Origin: an uncultured Candidatus Saccharibacteria bacterium
GTDB lineage: Bacteria > Patescibacteriota > Minisyncoccia > Portnoybacterales > UBA2143
NCBI GenBank assembly: GCA_964413015.1
Contig: CAYPQZ010000008.1
Span: forward strand, 37,387-101,386
Length of the DNA: 64,000 nucleotides
Reading direction: 5' to 3'
The translations under genes and the position numbers were made by a program. Numbering within the stretch: the stretch's first letter is position 1; each line of letters begins with the position of its first letter. Under the pieces are notes generated by a model. It saw only the letters and a list, made by a program, of their open reading frames with translations. It did no database searches and was not told where the DNA came from. Positions 8,040-17,000 of the stretch are shown here, piece after piece.

Positions 8040-10568
8040 TTATTGATAATGGATAGTTATTTCATCCTCTTGTCGATTAAGGACTTGGTCGTAGGCACGG
8101 ACTTTAATAGTTTGCCTATCCGAATCTATCAAATAAGGGGATGCGCTGATGGTAATTGAATACGGTTGGGTAGTATCGGTGCCAACCAAATTGTCATTAA
8201 AGAAGAAATCCACCTGTTTGATGCCTAATTTGGCCTGGGCCGAGGCCTGGATAAATAAGGTAGGTTCAGATATTGAGCTATTCTTCTTGGGAAGTTTAAT
8301 TTCTACCTCCGGTTGGTTCTCTAAAATATGGATGTCGTCGTATTGACTGATGATATTCCGGTTGTAACAAGTTTGTCCGTTACATGGCTGGGATCTTGCC
8401 CATTCTAAAACAGAGGTTTCCCAATTCTGGAATTGAGAATCTTCGGCCGGATTTTCAGGATAGTCGCCTAAAGGATCTGTTTTGTCTACATAATAGAGAA
8501 TAGAATGAGCTTCCTGGTAAATCTTTTCTTCAATTAAGTCAGGAGGAGTTAAATCGGTTGCTAATTTGCCGGAAATTTTGTCAATTTCAATTTTATTTTG
8601 GAAAGCAATTTGTCCATTAAGCATGGGTTTTTCAATTTTTTCGCTTATTTCGGGCGGAGTGAAGTATTCTGTCTTTCCCGGTAGTAAAAATGGGGATAGT
8701 TCTTCAAAATAAGTGGCTGTTCCCATTTCTGATTTTTTCGCTTCATAGGCCTTAAGCATAAAGTCGTTCCAGATGGGCGCTGCTACATAAAGGCCGGCTG
8801 CGCCCAGCCGCATTTTGTCTTTAAAATCATTGTTGCCGGCCCAAACTCCGGCTACCAAACTTGGCGTATATCCGATAGTCCAGCCGTCGCTGTAATCTTG
8901 AGTGGTCCCGGTTTTGGCAGCCGCCGGAATGCCCGGCAGGTAGAGTTTTGAATAAGAGCCCATCATGGGTGCCCGGGCCGATTCGTCGGAAAGGATATTA
9001 CTGATTTGACGAGCTACCTGTTGGCTGAGAACGCGTGTTTCTTTGTCTTTGCGCTCTTCCAGAATATTACCTTGGGCGTCTTCTATTTTAATGATTAAAT
9101 TTGTCGGATGCTTAATTCCCTCATTGGCGAAAATTCCGTAAGCGGCAGTTTCATCTAAAAGCTTGATCTCGCCGCCGCCTAAAACTAAAGATAGATTGTA
9201 TCGGCCGCGGTCCTTAAGAGTAGTAATCCCCATATCTTGAGCTAAGTCAATTGTTTCCTGAATACCGGCCAAATAAAGAGTTTTAACTGAAGTTAGGTTA
9301 ACTGATTGCGCCAAAGACTGCCTCATGGTGATCGGGCCGCGAAATTTTAAGTCATAGTTATTCGGCGAATAATCCTTGCCGTTTCCGGGGCCGAATTTAC
9401 CGAAGCTAGTTTGCAAGTCAAACAAAATAGTTTCAGGAGTGTATCCTTTTTCAAAAGCAACTGCGTAAGCAAACGGCTTGAAAGAAGAACCGGGCTGGCG
9501 ATAGGGGCTGGTAGCTACATTGAATTGGTCTTCTTCATATCTTTTTGAACCTACCAAAGCCAGCACTTGGCCAGTTTTAGGGTCAATAGCCACTAAGGCG
9601 GCATTAGTCGCCCGATAATTTTCTTTGTTTTTTTCAACTCCCTCGGCAACAGCCTGTTCGGCAATTTCCTGTAATTCCCAGTCTAAGGTGGTATATACTT
9701 TTAACCCGGCCATATTAATGTCGGTATAAGTTCGGCTGTACTTTTCTTCCAAATATTCCTTAATCATAGCGATAAAATGGTGCGCTTTGAGGTCGGATTG
9801 AGAGGCGTATTCTAATTTTTCCTCTTTAGCTTGTTCAAGCTGTTCTTGGTTGATGTAATTAAATTCAGCCATGCGTTCTAAAACGCGTTGCTGTCGTTCT
9901 TCGAGCTCTTTCGGATGAGATCCGTAAGGAGAATAGTAGCTGGGCGCCTGAGGAAGAGCGGCTAAAAGGGCTGATTCGGCCAGGGTTAATTCGGGAACTG
10001 ATTTTTCAAAAAAGGTCTGGCTGGCTGCCTCAATCCCATAGGCGTTTGAACCGTAAGGTACCTGATTAAGATAAAACTCGAGAATTTCGTCTTTGGAATA
10101 TTTTCTTTCCATTAAGAGAGCTAAAATAGCTTCCTTAATTTTTCGGGTAAAGGTTCTTTCTGAATTAGGGCCTCCTAAATAGGCATTTTTAATAAATTGT
10201 TGAGTTATAGTGGATCCGCCTTGGGAAATTTCTTTGCCGGTCAAGTTTGACCAAGCGGCTCTTAGAATACCTCGCCAGTCCAGACCGAGATGATGGTAAA
10301 AATTGTCGTCTTCAATAACTATGGTGGCATCTTTGACGAATTTGGGAATTTTTTCAAAATCAATCACGGTTCTTTTCTCTTCGTCGTGAATGTCATAAAG
10401 AATAATTTTTCCGGTCCGGTCGTAAATTTTGGTTGATTCAACTATTTGACGCTGGCTGATTTTGCTTGGGTCAGGCAAATCTTTGGCAAAATAGGCAACT
10501 AGACCAATTATTGAAATAATTGCGACGACAAAGATAAAAAGCGCAAATTTTAACAATTTCTTCAACAT
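8040..10568 (-). CDS. Class A penicillin-binding protein (PBP1A: glycosyltransferase GT51 + transpeptidase) with C-terminal Ig-like extension
   Basis: 842 aa with an N-terminal TM anchor, GT51 motifs (IEDDNFYHHLGLDW, GGSTITQQFIKN), a transpeptidase SxxK region (SSFKPFAYA) and KTGT (AAAKTGTT). Confidence 0.85.
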   Translation of the reverse strand: MLKKLLKFALFIFVVAIISIIGLVAYFAKDLPDPSKISQRQIVESTKIYDRTGKIILYDIHDEEKRTVIDFEKIPKFVKDATIVIEDDNFYHHLGLDWRGILRAAWSNLTGKEISQGGSTITQQFIKNAYLGGPNSERTFTRKIKEAILALLMERKYSKDEILEFYLNQVPYGSNAYGIEAASQTFFEKSVPELTLAESALLAALPQAPSYYSPYGSHPKELEERQQRVLERMAEFNYINQEQLEQAKEEKLEYASQSDLKAHHFIAMIKEYLEEKYSRTYTDINMAGLKVYTTLDWELQEIAEQAVAEGVEKNKENYRATNAALVAIDPKTGQVLALVGSKRYEEDQFNVATSPYRQPGSSFKPFAYAVAFEKGYTPETILFDLQTSFGKFGPGNGKDYSPNNYDLKFRGPITMRQSLAQSVNLTSVKTLYLAGIQETIDLAQDMGITTLKDRGRYNLSLVLGGGEIKLLDETAAYGIFANEGIKHPTNLIIKIEDAQGNILEERKDKETRVLSQQVARQISNILSDESARAPMMGSYSKLYLPGIPAAAKTGTTQDYSDGWTIGYTPSLVAGVWAGNNDFKDKMRLGAAGLYVAAPIWNDFMLKAYEAKKSEMGTATYFEELSPFLLPGKTEYFTPPEISEKIEKPMLNGQIAFQNKIEIDKISGKLATDLTPPDLIEEKIYQEAHSILYYVDKTDPLGDYPENPAEDSQFQNWETSVLEWARSQPCNGQTCYNRNIISQYDDIHILENQPEVEIKLPKKNSSISEPTLFIQASAQAKLGIKQVDFFFNDNLVGTDTTQPYSITISASPYLIDSDRQTIKVRAYDQVLNRQEDEITIHYQ

Positions 10569-10579
10569 TGTTTAACTTC

Positions 10580-10604
10580 TAAAGAATTTAGAAATTCTTT
10601 AGTA
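10580..10604. promoter_or_regulatory. Perfect 11-2-11 palindrome immediately upstream of the PBP1A start (candidate operator)
   Basis: CTAAAGAATTT-AG-AAATTCTTTAG, centred about 25 bp upstream of the ATG at 10568. Confidence 0.35.
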
Positions 10605-10865
10605 TTATTCTATTTTGCCAGAATTGACCTGCTTTGGCAAGCCTGTTAATCCGGGAACAGTTCCCAAAACTTTGGGGAATGCTCCATTATTACAAATAGC
10701 CGTCAAAGACGGCCTGATTATTCAAGTAGGTACACGTAAGTTTGTCCGGGATGCCCCTAACGACTGTTTCAACCCTTTTTTAAGCTTATCTCAGAATCAA
10801 ATATTGCTATCCATAATTCAGAAAATTTTTAGGGTTAAACTCTTGATTATTAAAATTTGGAATCA

Positions 10866-12380
10866 TTATCCCTTAGCCAAAAGGTGGGGGTTAAATACTT
10901 TTTTTAATTTTAGAAGTTTAACTGGTTTTAAATCGAGGGCTTGATGCATGGCTATGGCTATCTGTTTTGCCCAAGGATTTAATTCTCTGCCTGAATCGTC
11001 TAAAACCCTTTCTAGGGTTAAAACCCGTCCCAAACGACGATTGGGGCTAAAAGGCGAATTTTTAATTTGGATACCGTCGGTTAAAACAAATTCCTTTTTG
11101 TCTTTAAGATGTTTTAAATCATAGCCCGGCCTTAGATACTCAAGCCGGTCTTTTTTTAACTTGAAGACGCCGGCTTTAATTTGTTTATGGTTTCTTGTCC
11201 AGCGGTTGGTCAGATTATGAGGAATTATCTGGGCACCGATCTTGTTATTCTGACGCATTAGAGAATTAACTTGTCCTACATCAATTTGGCAATCAATGTT
11301 AAGGAATTCTAAAATATGGAAGCCGATAATTAATGGTTCGTTGTTTAAGGATTGGACCATATTGATTGTCGGAAAAGAGCCAAGCAGGCGGGAATTACAT
11401 TCAATCACGTAAAGCTTTTTACTTTTTTCATCCAGAACAAAATCAATGCCGAAAATTCCCCGATAACCCATTTTTTTGAAATACCGGCCGATTTTTTCAA
11501 CTGACTGATAGGCCTGCCGGTTAATTTCTTCAGTGAATCTTGAACTGGTCCAGTCGTGGCCGCAGAACAAGCCAGAACCCCTTTCGGAGTTATAGAGTTC
11601 GGGCGCGTCAATAACTTGGTATTGGAGATTGGTCGAAAGAACGCCGTGCTTAGTGACGCATCCGGTGATACTTGGCGAGGGACCCCGAATGTATTGTACA
11701 ACAATGGCTTCAGTAACCATTTCGTATTTTACCTCTTCTTCGTTTTCGGACTCTCCTTTTGGTTTCCATTTGCCTTCCAATTTCTTAACGGCTTTATCAA
11801 AGTCATCTCGGCTATTAATGAAAAAAGTTCCTTTACCTCCGCCTTTAGTCGGGTGTTGAACAACAAAAGGCAGGCCGTGTTTTTCTAACGAATGTTCGTA
11901 ATTGAGCTTATCAACCGGAACAATTCCTCCTGGAGGAACGGCTAATTTGATTTGTTCTGAAATTCTCCTGAAATTCACTTTGTTCTCAAACATTTTCTTG
12001 CCAAAGGAAGTTGAGTTGGCTATTAATCTCCAACCGTTTTCTTGGCAGATTTTTTCCATTTTGCTTGAGGCCTTAAGGACAATGATTGCCGGATTTTCAA
12101 ATTTATCCAGATATTTCTTTGTTAGAGGGAGTTTTAAAACAGTGGTTGCGTTGCGCGGCTCGCGAATGTGCTTGGTGCCCATGCCTTTTTCCAGTGAAAA
12201 GGTTTCAATTTCTTCCTCGATTATTTGACTGTCTAAGGTGTAGCGAAGGCAAAGGATTCTGTAGTTATCAATAATTTTTTCCGGTCCCAGCCGGTCAAAA
12301 GCGTAAACTCCGGCTCCAAAAATCGGAGTTTTAACTTGCTTGAAGAATTCCTTCTGGGTTTTAAGGTCTCTGATAATCAT
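10866..12380 (-). CDS. ATP-grasp family ligase (pre-ATP-grasp + ATP-grasp + about 100-aa C-terminal extension)
   Basis: 504 aa. The central-domain P-loop-like region (HPTKGGGKGTFFINSRDDF) and C-domain (GIFGIDFVLDEKSKKLYVIECNSRLLGSFP) are typical of ATP-grasp amidoligases. The start overlaps the upstream gene stop by 4 nt (ATGA coupling). Confidence 0.6.
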   Translation of the reverse strand: MIIRDLKTQKEFFKQVKTPIFGAGVYAFDRLGPEKIIDNYRILCLRYTLDSQIIEEEIETFSLEKGMGTKHIREPRNATTVLKLPLTKKYLDKFENPAIIVLKASSKMEKICQENGWRLIANSTSFGKKMFENKVNFRRISEQIKLAVPPGGIVPVDKLNYEHSLEKHGLPFVVQHPTKGGGKGTFFINSRDDFDKAVKKLEGKWKPKGESENEEEVKYEMVTEAIVVQYIRGPSPSITGCVTKHGVLSTNLQYQVIDAPELYNSERGSGLFCGHDWTSSRFTEEINRQAYQSVEKIGRYFKKMGYRGIFGIDFVLDEKSKKLYVIECNSRLLGSFPTINMVQSLNNEPLIIGFHILEFLNIDCQIDVGQVNSLMRQNNKIGAQIIPHNLTNRWTRNHKQIKAGVFKLKKDRLEYLRPGYDLKHLKDKKEFVLTDGIQIKNSPFSPNRRLGRVLTLERVLDDSGRELNPWAKQIAIAMHQALDLKPVKLLKLKKVFNPHLLAKG

Positions 12381-13702
12381 GGTTTGGGTTTGTTTCTCAT
12401 AAAGACATTTTTAGCTGGATCAACTAAAAACCTTTTTAAATCCTTGCGGCCGACAATAATGTCGTATTTCATCTCTGTCCGGTCGGCTATAAAGGCCTCG
12501 GTATTGACTAAACGTTTATCTAGAAAAAAGGAAAGATTAATAATTGGCCTTTCTTCTGCGCCTAAGACGCCCTTTACCTTTTTAAAGCCAATCGGATTAT
12601 CGATTTCTAATTCTTTAGCTAAGCTGGAACAAATGGTAGTTCGGTAGGCGCCGGTATCAATCTTGGCCATAGTTAAATTTTTGTTTTTCTCGCTGTCCAA
12701 AATTTCAATGGTTTCGTTTATTCCGATGACCTTACGTCCAGACATTCCCTCTAGCCCTTCTTCTATTTCACCGCCGAAAAGACTCTGGGCTATCTGGGTT
12801 CCTTTAGTAATGGTTTTTATCTTAAGACCCTTGATCCTTTGGAGTCGGTCGTTTAAGGAAGCCAGATTAGCAATTTGGATGGATAATCCTGGCCGGGAAT
12901 TAAGCTCTAAAATAACCGGACCTTTTTCTCTGTCAATGGCAATGTCTATTCCCATATATCCTATTTTGGTAACCTGTTGAGCATGAACTGATAGACGTAA
13001 AACTTCTTTCCAGTCAGGGATCTGAATCCCTTTTAGCAGCAATCTGGTCCCGGGGGCGTATTCAATCAATTGGTCTCTCTGAATGGCAGTAGTGGTTACC
13101 CCGGTGCCTAAATCAATCCCGACACCAATTCCGCCCATATGAAGATTAGCCTTGCCTCCGGATTCTTTTGTTGGCAAACGCAGCTCGGCCATTACCGGGA
13201 CCGAGTTGTAAACGATAATTCTAATATCGGGTATGCCGCGATAAGTATATGGCTTTAGAAGCTTTAGTAGTTTGATTCTTTCTTCAAAAAAGGCTATATC
13301 AGGCAAGTCAGTTGGAGAAAAAGTTCCTTCCAAAATATTTGAAACATGGCTTTTTAAATCTTTGATTTCAACTAATTTCTTATCAGCTTTAACCCAGGGA
13401 TAGGGAAATTTCTTTTTTTTGCCGTAAACAATAAGGATTCCTTCGCCGCCTAATCCTTGATTAGGCTTGAGTACAAAAGTTGGCGGTAAATTAGTCCAGT
13501 CAAAAGATTTTAAATCCTTATTATTCTCAATAACTGAATAAGTTTGAGCAACCGGAAGCCCGTTTTTGTTTAATATTCTTTTAGCCAGTAATTTATTGCC
13601 GGCAATTCGAATAGCCCTCTGTGAATTAGAGGGCCGTAAGTAGGTTAGGCTGCGAGCATTTATCCCTAAGATACACTCACCCTTTTTTAGGTATTTCAAC
13701 AT
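12377..13702 (-). CDS. RimK-like ATP-grasp ligase fused to C-terminal retropepsin-like (putative ATP-dependent zinc protease, PF05618-type) domain
   Basis: 441 aa. The N-terminal two-thirds is RimK-like (GLPVAQTY, VLKPNQGLGGEGI, GYMGIDIAIDREKGPVILELNSRPG). The C-terminal ~110 aa (MAKIDTGAYRTTICSSLAKELEID...ADRTEMKYDIIVGRKDLKRFLVDP) matches the retropepsin-like family usually encoded next to rimK. Confidence 0.65.
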   Translation of the reverse strand: MLKYLKKGECILGINARSLTYLRPSNSQRAIRIAGNKLLAKRILNKNGLPVAQTYSVIENNKDLKSFDWTNLPPTFVLKPNQGLGGEGILIVYGKKKKFPYPWVKADKKLVEIKDLKSHVSNILEGTFSPTDLPDIAFFEERIKLLKLLKPYTYRGIPDIRIIVYNSVPVMAELRLPTKESGGKANLHMGGIGVGIDLGTGVTTTAIQRDQLIEYAPGTRLLLKGIQIPDWKEVLRLSVHAQQVTKIGYMGIDIAIDREKGPVILELNSRPGLSIQIANLASLNDRLQRIKGLKIKTITKGTQIAQSLFGGEIEEGLEGMSGRKVIGINETIEILDSEKNKNLTMAKIDTGAYRTTICSSLAKELEIDNPIGFKKVKGVLGAEERPIINLSFFLDKRLVNTEAFIADRTEMKYDIIVGRKDLKRFLVDPAKNVFMRNKPKP

Positions 13703-14339
13703 GTTTTATAACTTTACGGAAACGGAAATACTCTGAAAGCCTCAGGCCGGTCCACTTTCCTAAAAGTATGTTTACGGCGATACTTCCCAAGATGATACAT
13801 AAAGGATAGCTCAGGACTGCATTTTGCAGCCAAACCCAGCTGGCTATCCAGTAGCAAATTATTGAGATAATTAAGGTTTCTGAAGTTATGATAATTGTCC
13901 TTTTAGCTCCCTGTTTAATTTGAGCGGCAATAAATTTCTCGACCAGAGTTATCATAATTAAAACAGCGAAGACCGAAGCGGTAATAAAGCCGTGGCGATT
14001 AAAATAGGCTCCTTCTAAAAAGACAAAGAAGGTTGTTAAAGCGACTATAATTAAGATAATTGCCATTCGGGGAAGATAAAGCAGGCGGAATTTTTTAACC
14101 GATAGGCGCGCTAAGGTGCCGACTACTAGAATAGCGATAAATATCGCCAGGCCGTATTTTAAACCGGTAGCTAAAAAAGCGAAGGCGATAATTAAAGGAG
14201 TATAAATACCGAATCCTTTGATACCGATTACTTGTCGGGCAAAAGCGATTACCGTAGCAACGATTGGCAACATTAAAAGCAGGACAACGGTTTCCTGGGG
14301 GACTCCCTGATTAATCATGTATTGAGTAATTTGGGACAT
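13677..14339 (-). CDS. Seven-transmembrane membrane protein (7TM family associated with RimK-like ATP-grasp/transglutaminase systems)
   Basis: 220 aa with seven clear hydrophobic helices and short loops. It overlaps the downstream ATP-grasp gene by 26 nt (operon). Confidence 0.5.
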   Translation of the reverse strand: MSQITQYMINQGVPQETVVLLLMLPIVATVIAFARQVIGIKGFGIYTPLIIAFAFLATGLKYGLAIFIAILVVGTLARLSVKKFRLLYLPRMAIILIIVALTTFFVFLEGAYFNRHGFITASVFAVLIMITLVEKFIAAQIKQGAKRTIIITSETLIISIICYWIASWVWLQNAVLSYPLCIILGSIAVNILLGKWTGLRLSEYFRFRKVIKHVEIPKKG

Positions 14340-14430
14340 AGAGTATTAATTTTTAATTTTCAATTACGATTAGATAAATTCTTATTTAAAAATTGAGTTA
14401 TTAAAATTTATTAAAAATTAAAATTAAAAA

Positions 14431-14901
14431 TTATTTTGTGCTGTGGGCGCAACAAATGGCGGTCGCTAAAGCGTCTGCTGCGTCATCTGGCTTGGGAATT
14501 TCTTTCAGATTAAGCAGCAACTTAACCATTTTTTGGACTTGTTTTTTTTCAGCCCGTCCATAACTAGTGACTGCCTGTTTAATCTGCAGGGGGGTATATT
14601 CGTCTATTAAAACCTTCATTTGTGACGCCCGGGAAAGGATGACTCCTCGTGCCTGGCTTACCTTAACAACTGTTTTAGCATTTTTAAAAAAGAAAATATC
14701 TTCAACAGCTACTTTATGCGGTTGGTACTCTTTAATTAAATCAGTTAGTTTTTGGTCTATCTGTTTAAGCCTTTCGGCGGTAGAAAATTTTGGCTCCGTT
14801 CTGATACAACCATAATCAATCATTGCCAAGTTGTCATTTTCTTTTTCAATGATCCCGTAGCCGGTTATAGCTGTGCCAGGGTCAATCCCCATAATTATCA
14901 T
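14431..14901 (-). CDS. ruvC: Crossover junction endodeoxyribonuclease RuvC
   Basis: 156 aa with an N-terminal IMGIDPGTAITGYGI and catalytic acidic residues (ADALATA near the C-terminus). It lies in the ruv/yebC neighbourhood. Confidence 0.9.
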   Translation of the reverse strand: MIIMGIDPGTAITGYGIIEKENDNLAMIDYGCIRTEPKFSTAERLKQIDQKLTDLIKEYQPHKVAVEDIFFFKNAKTVVKVSQARGVILSRASQMKVLIDEYTPLQIKQAVTSYGRAEKKQVQKMVKLLLNLKEIPKPDDAADALATAICCAHSTK

Positions 14902-14940
14902 AAATTTTCAATGAAATAAATTCTTCTTGTTGTTTAAAAA

Positions 14941-14987
14941 TTAGAAATTAAGATTTATTTACAAAATTAAAAATTAAAAATTAAAAA
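14941..14987. repeat. AT-rich repeat (TAATTTTTAATTTTTAATTT.TAATTTT.TAAATAAATCTTAATT family)
   Basis: The minus-strand reading of 14941-14987 matches the plus-strand reading of 28301-28352, including the exact 16-mer TAAATAAATCTTAATT. A related AAAATT-periodic tract lies at 14341-14430. Confidence 0.5.
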
Positions 14988-15527
14988 TTACTTCAGATTG
15001 CTGTATATTTCCTGGATATCTTCGTTATCTTCCAAAGCCTCAAAAAGCTTTTCTGTTTGAGCTTTAATTTTAGAGTCGGCTATTTCCATTGGATATTTTG
15101 ATTTCCAGGAATCGTTCTGTTTATCAAAGAGGTATTTAACGCTTCCAGCTTCGGCCAGCTTGCCGCCGAATCGGCTTAAAATATGTTTTATTTCAGCCAA
15201 AGTCCGATTTTTGTTGTCAGTAATTCCTTCAATAATTAAAGCTGTCCCGTTTGGGCCGTAGGCCTCGTAAACGACTTCTTCTATATTAACTCCCTGAGCT
15301 TGCCCAGACCCGCGCTTAATCGCCCGTTCAATGTTATCTTTGGGCATATTGGCCTCTTTGGCCTTTTCGACAGCTAATTTCAGTTTGGGGTTTGTTTCTA
15401 AATCCGGCCCCTTTTCTTTCACGGCAACGCTAATTAAGCGGGACAATTTGCTGAAAATTTTGCCCCGCTTAGCATCCGCAGTTCCCTTTTTATGTTTTAT
15501 CGACGACCAGTGGGAATGTCCACTCAT
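14988..15527 (-). CDS. yebC: YebC/PmpR family DNA-binding transcriptional regulator
   Basis: 179 aa starting MSGHSHWSSIKHKKG, the YebC hallmark. It is upstream of ruvC as in many bacteria. Confidence 0.9.
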   Translation of the reverse strand: MSGHSHWSSIKHKKGTADAKRGKIFSKLSRLISVAVKEKGPDLETNPKLKLAVEKAKEANMPKDNIERAIKRGSGQAQGVNIEEVVYEAYGPNGTALIIEGITDNKNRTLAEIKHILSRFGGKLAEAGSVKYLFDKQNDSWKSKYPMEIADSKIKAQTEKLFEALEDNEDIQEIYSNLK

Positions 15528-15635
15528 ATATTTATACCTTAATGATACTATTGATTAAAAAGGAGTGTCAATGGATAGATGGAATAAAGGACAGTTTAAA
15601 AATTTAAGGACTGTCTTTTAATTAATCGCTTATTT

Positions 15636-17000
15636 CTAAAGGGGCATCCGGCGTTTTTTTAATTGGATTAGCAGCCAGCTGGCCATTAAAGAGCCGGAAA
15701 TAATAATGGAAAGAATTAAAATTAAATTGGCTTTTCGGTCGCCCTGGATTGACTTGCTCAAATTAAGAGTTTGTTCGGGTAAAATCTCATTCAACTCTAT
15801 TTGATTGGTCGGCTGACTTGATTGAGGCGATTTTTGGATTTGAGAGTCAACTGGATTAGACGGGGGATTAAGCGTTGAAAAATTCTGAGCTTGGCTAAGA
15901 TTGGCTTCTGCCAAAACTTCGGGAATTTCATGGCTTTGCTCAATAATTGGTTGAGGATTATTGCTGGTTAAATTCACGCTTTCATTTTCTAATTTGGCCA
16001 AACTGATAATGTTGGCCGTTCCCGGGGTAGGAGTTTTAGTCCAAAAATATTTATAGCCGTCAAAAGCGACTGAAAACCCCTGTTTCTTTTCTGCTAAGTA
16101 GCTTACTTCCGTAGCCAAAGACCCATCTGGGTAAATCAACCGAACCTTGTCGTTATCATTGTTCAGAGCTATTTTAGTAATTGGCCGTCTCAAAACAAGA
16201 AACTGTTTGGGCGAAATTAAGCTGTTAGCCGGAAAAACAAAAGGCGAGCTGCCGCCATCCTGATTGTCTATTTGCCAATTAGTTAGGTTTGCTATTTGCT
16301 CGCTCTGATTATATAACTCAATCCATTCATTTTCAGTATCTGTCCCTTCGGGGTCAGGCAAGAATTCGCTGATAATAACTGATTGGTTGTAAATATTGAC
16401 GGTAATAATATCTAAATCAGAGAATTTGCCATCGCTGACCATTAGGGAAACAAGATATTGTCCGGGATAAAGATAAGCGTGCTGGCAGGTTTGTTTAGTG
16501 TCGGTGGCTCCGTTGCCGAAATTCCAAAAGAAAGTTAAAGAATCTCCGTCCGGGTCTGAGCATAAAGAGCCGTCAAAAATTATTTCCTGATTAACCAACG
16601 CGGTTATGTCCGGACCGGCGTCTGCTGACGGAGGCCGATTAGGTATAACTGGCAAGGGTGCTCCTTTATCGTCCGATTCTTCTGTTGATTCATTTTGAGT
16701 CGGCTCTTCTTCTTGAATAAACTCGCCTACTATAATTAAGTCTTTAATCTTATCAAACGTAGCCTGTCCAATTCCAGACACATCCATAATGTCTTCAATA
16801 ACTTGAAAAGGCGTTATAGCGCGATAATCAATAATTGCCTGAGCCTTAGATGGTCCAATGCCAGGCAATGTGTCTAATTCCTCTAAGCTAGCTGTATTTA
16901 TATTTATTAAATCTGAAGCTTGAACTGTGCCACAATAAAAAATCCCCCCTAGGATGAATATAAGAAATATAATTTCAAAATAACTTATTCTCTTCAGCAT
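15636..17000 (-). CDS. ComEA-like DNA-binding competence protein fused to PKD and lamin-tail (LTD) domains, with N-terminal signal/TM and C-terminal TM anchor
   Basis: 454 aa with a ComEA helix-hairpin-helix ([30 protein letters not shown] ... [13 protein letters not shown]), a PKD motif ([11 protein letters not shown]...[14 protein letters not shown]), an LTD-like region ([24 protein letters not shown]...LRRP) and a C-terminal hydrophobic helix + KKRR. Confidence 0.7.
   Translation of the reverse strand: MLKRISYFEIIFLIFILGGIFYCGTVQASDLININTASLEELDTLPGIGPSKAQAIIDYRAITPFQVIEDIMDVSGIGQATFDKIKDLIIVGEFIQEEEPTQNESTEESDDKGAPLPVIPNRPPSADAGPDITALVNQEIIFDGSLCSDPDGDSLTFFWNFGNGATDTKQTCQHAYLYPGQYLVSLMVSDGKFSDLDIITVNIYNQSVIISEFLPDPEGTDTENEWIELYNQSEQIANLTNWQIDNQDGGSSPFVFPANSLISPKQFLVLRRPITKIALNNDNDKVRLIYPDGSLATEVSYLAEKKQGFSVAFDGYKYFWTKTPTPGTANIISLAKLENESVNLTSNNPQPIIEQSHEIPEVLAEANLSQAQNFSTLNPPSNPVDSQIQKSPQSSQPTNQIELNEILPEQTLNLSKSIQGDRKANLILILSIIISGSLMASWLLIQLKKRRMPL

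Noticed and set aside
10569-10865. Possible RNase P RNA or SRP RNA in long intergenic spacers (also 45101-45453, 21216-21602)
   Set aside because: No GGAAAGUCCGG/ACAGAAnCCCGGCUUA (RNase P) or GGAAGCAGCCA-type SRP domain IV motifs were found on either strand.
10615-10944. 109-aa plus-strand ORF in the 300-bp spacer upstream of PBP1A
   Set aside because: It has no RBS, runs into the 3' end of the ATP-grasp gene on the opposite strand, and its sequence is not protein-like. The spacer more likely holds regulatory DNA, including the operator-like palindrome.
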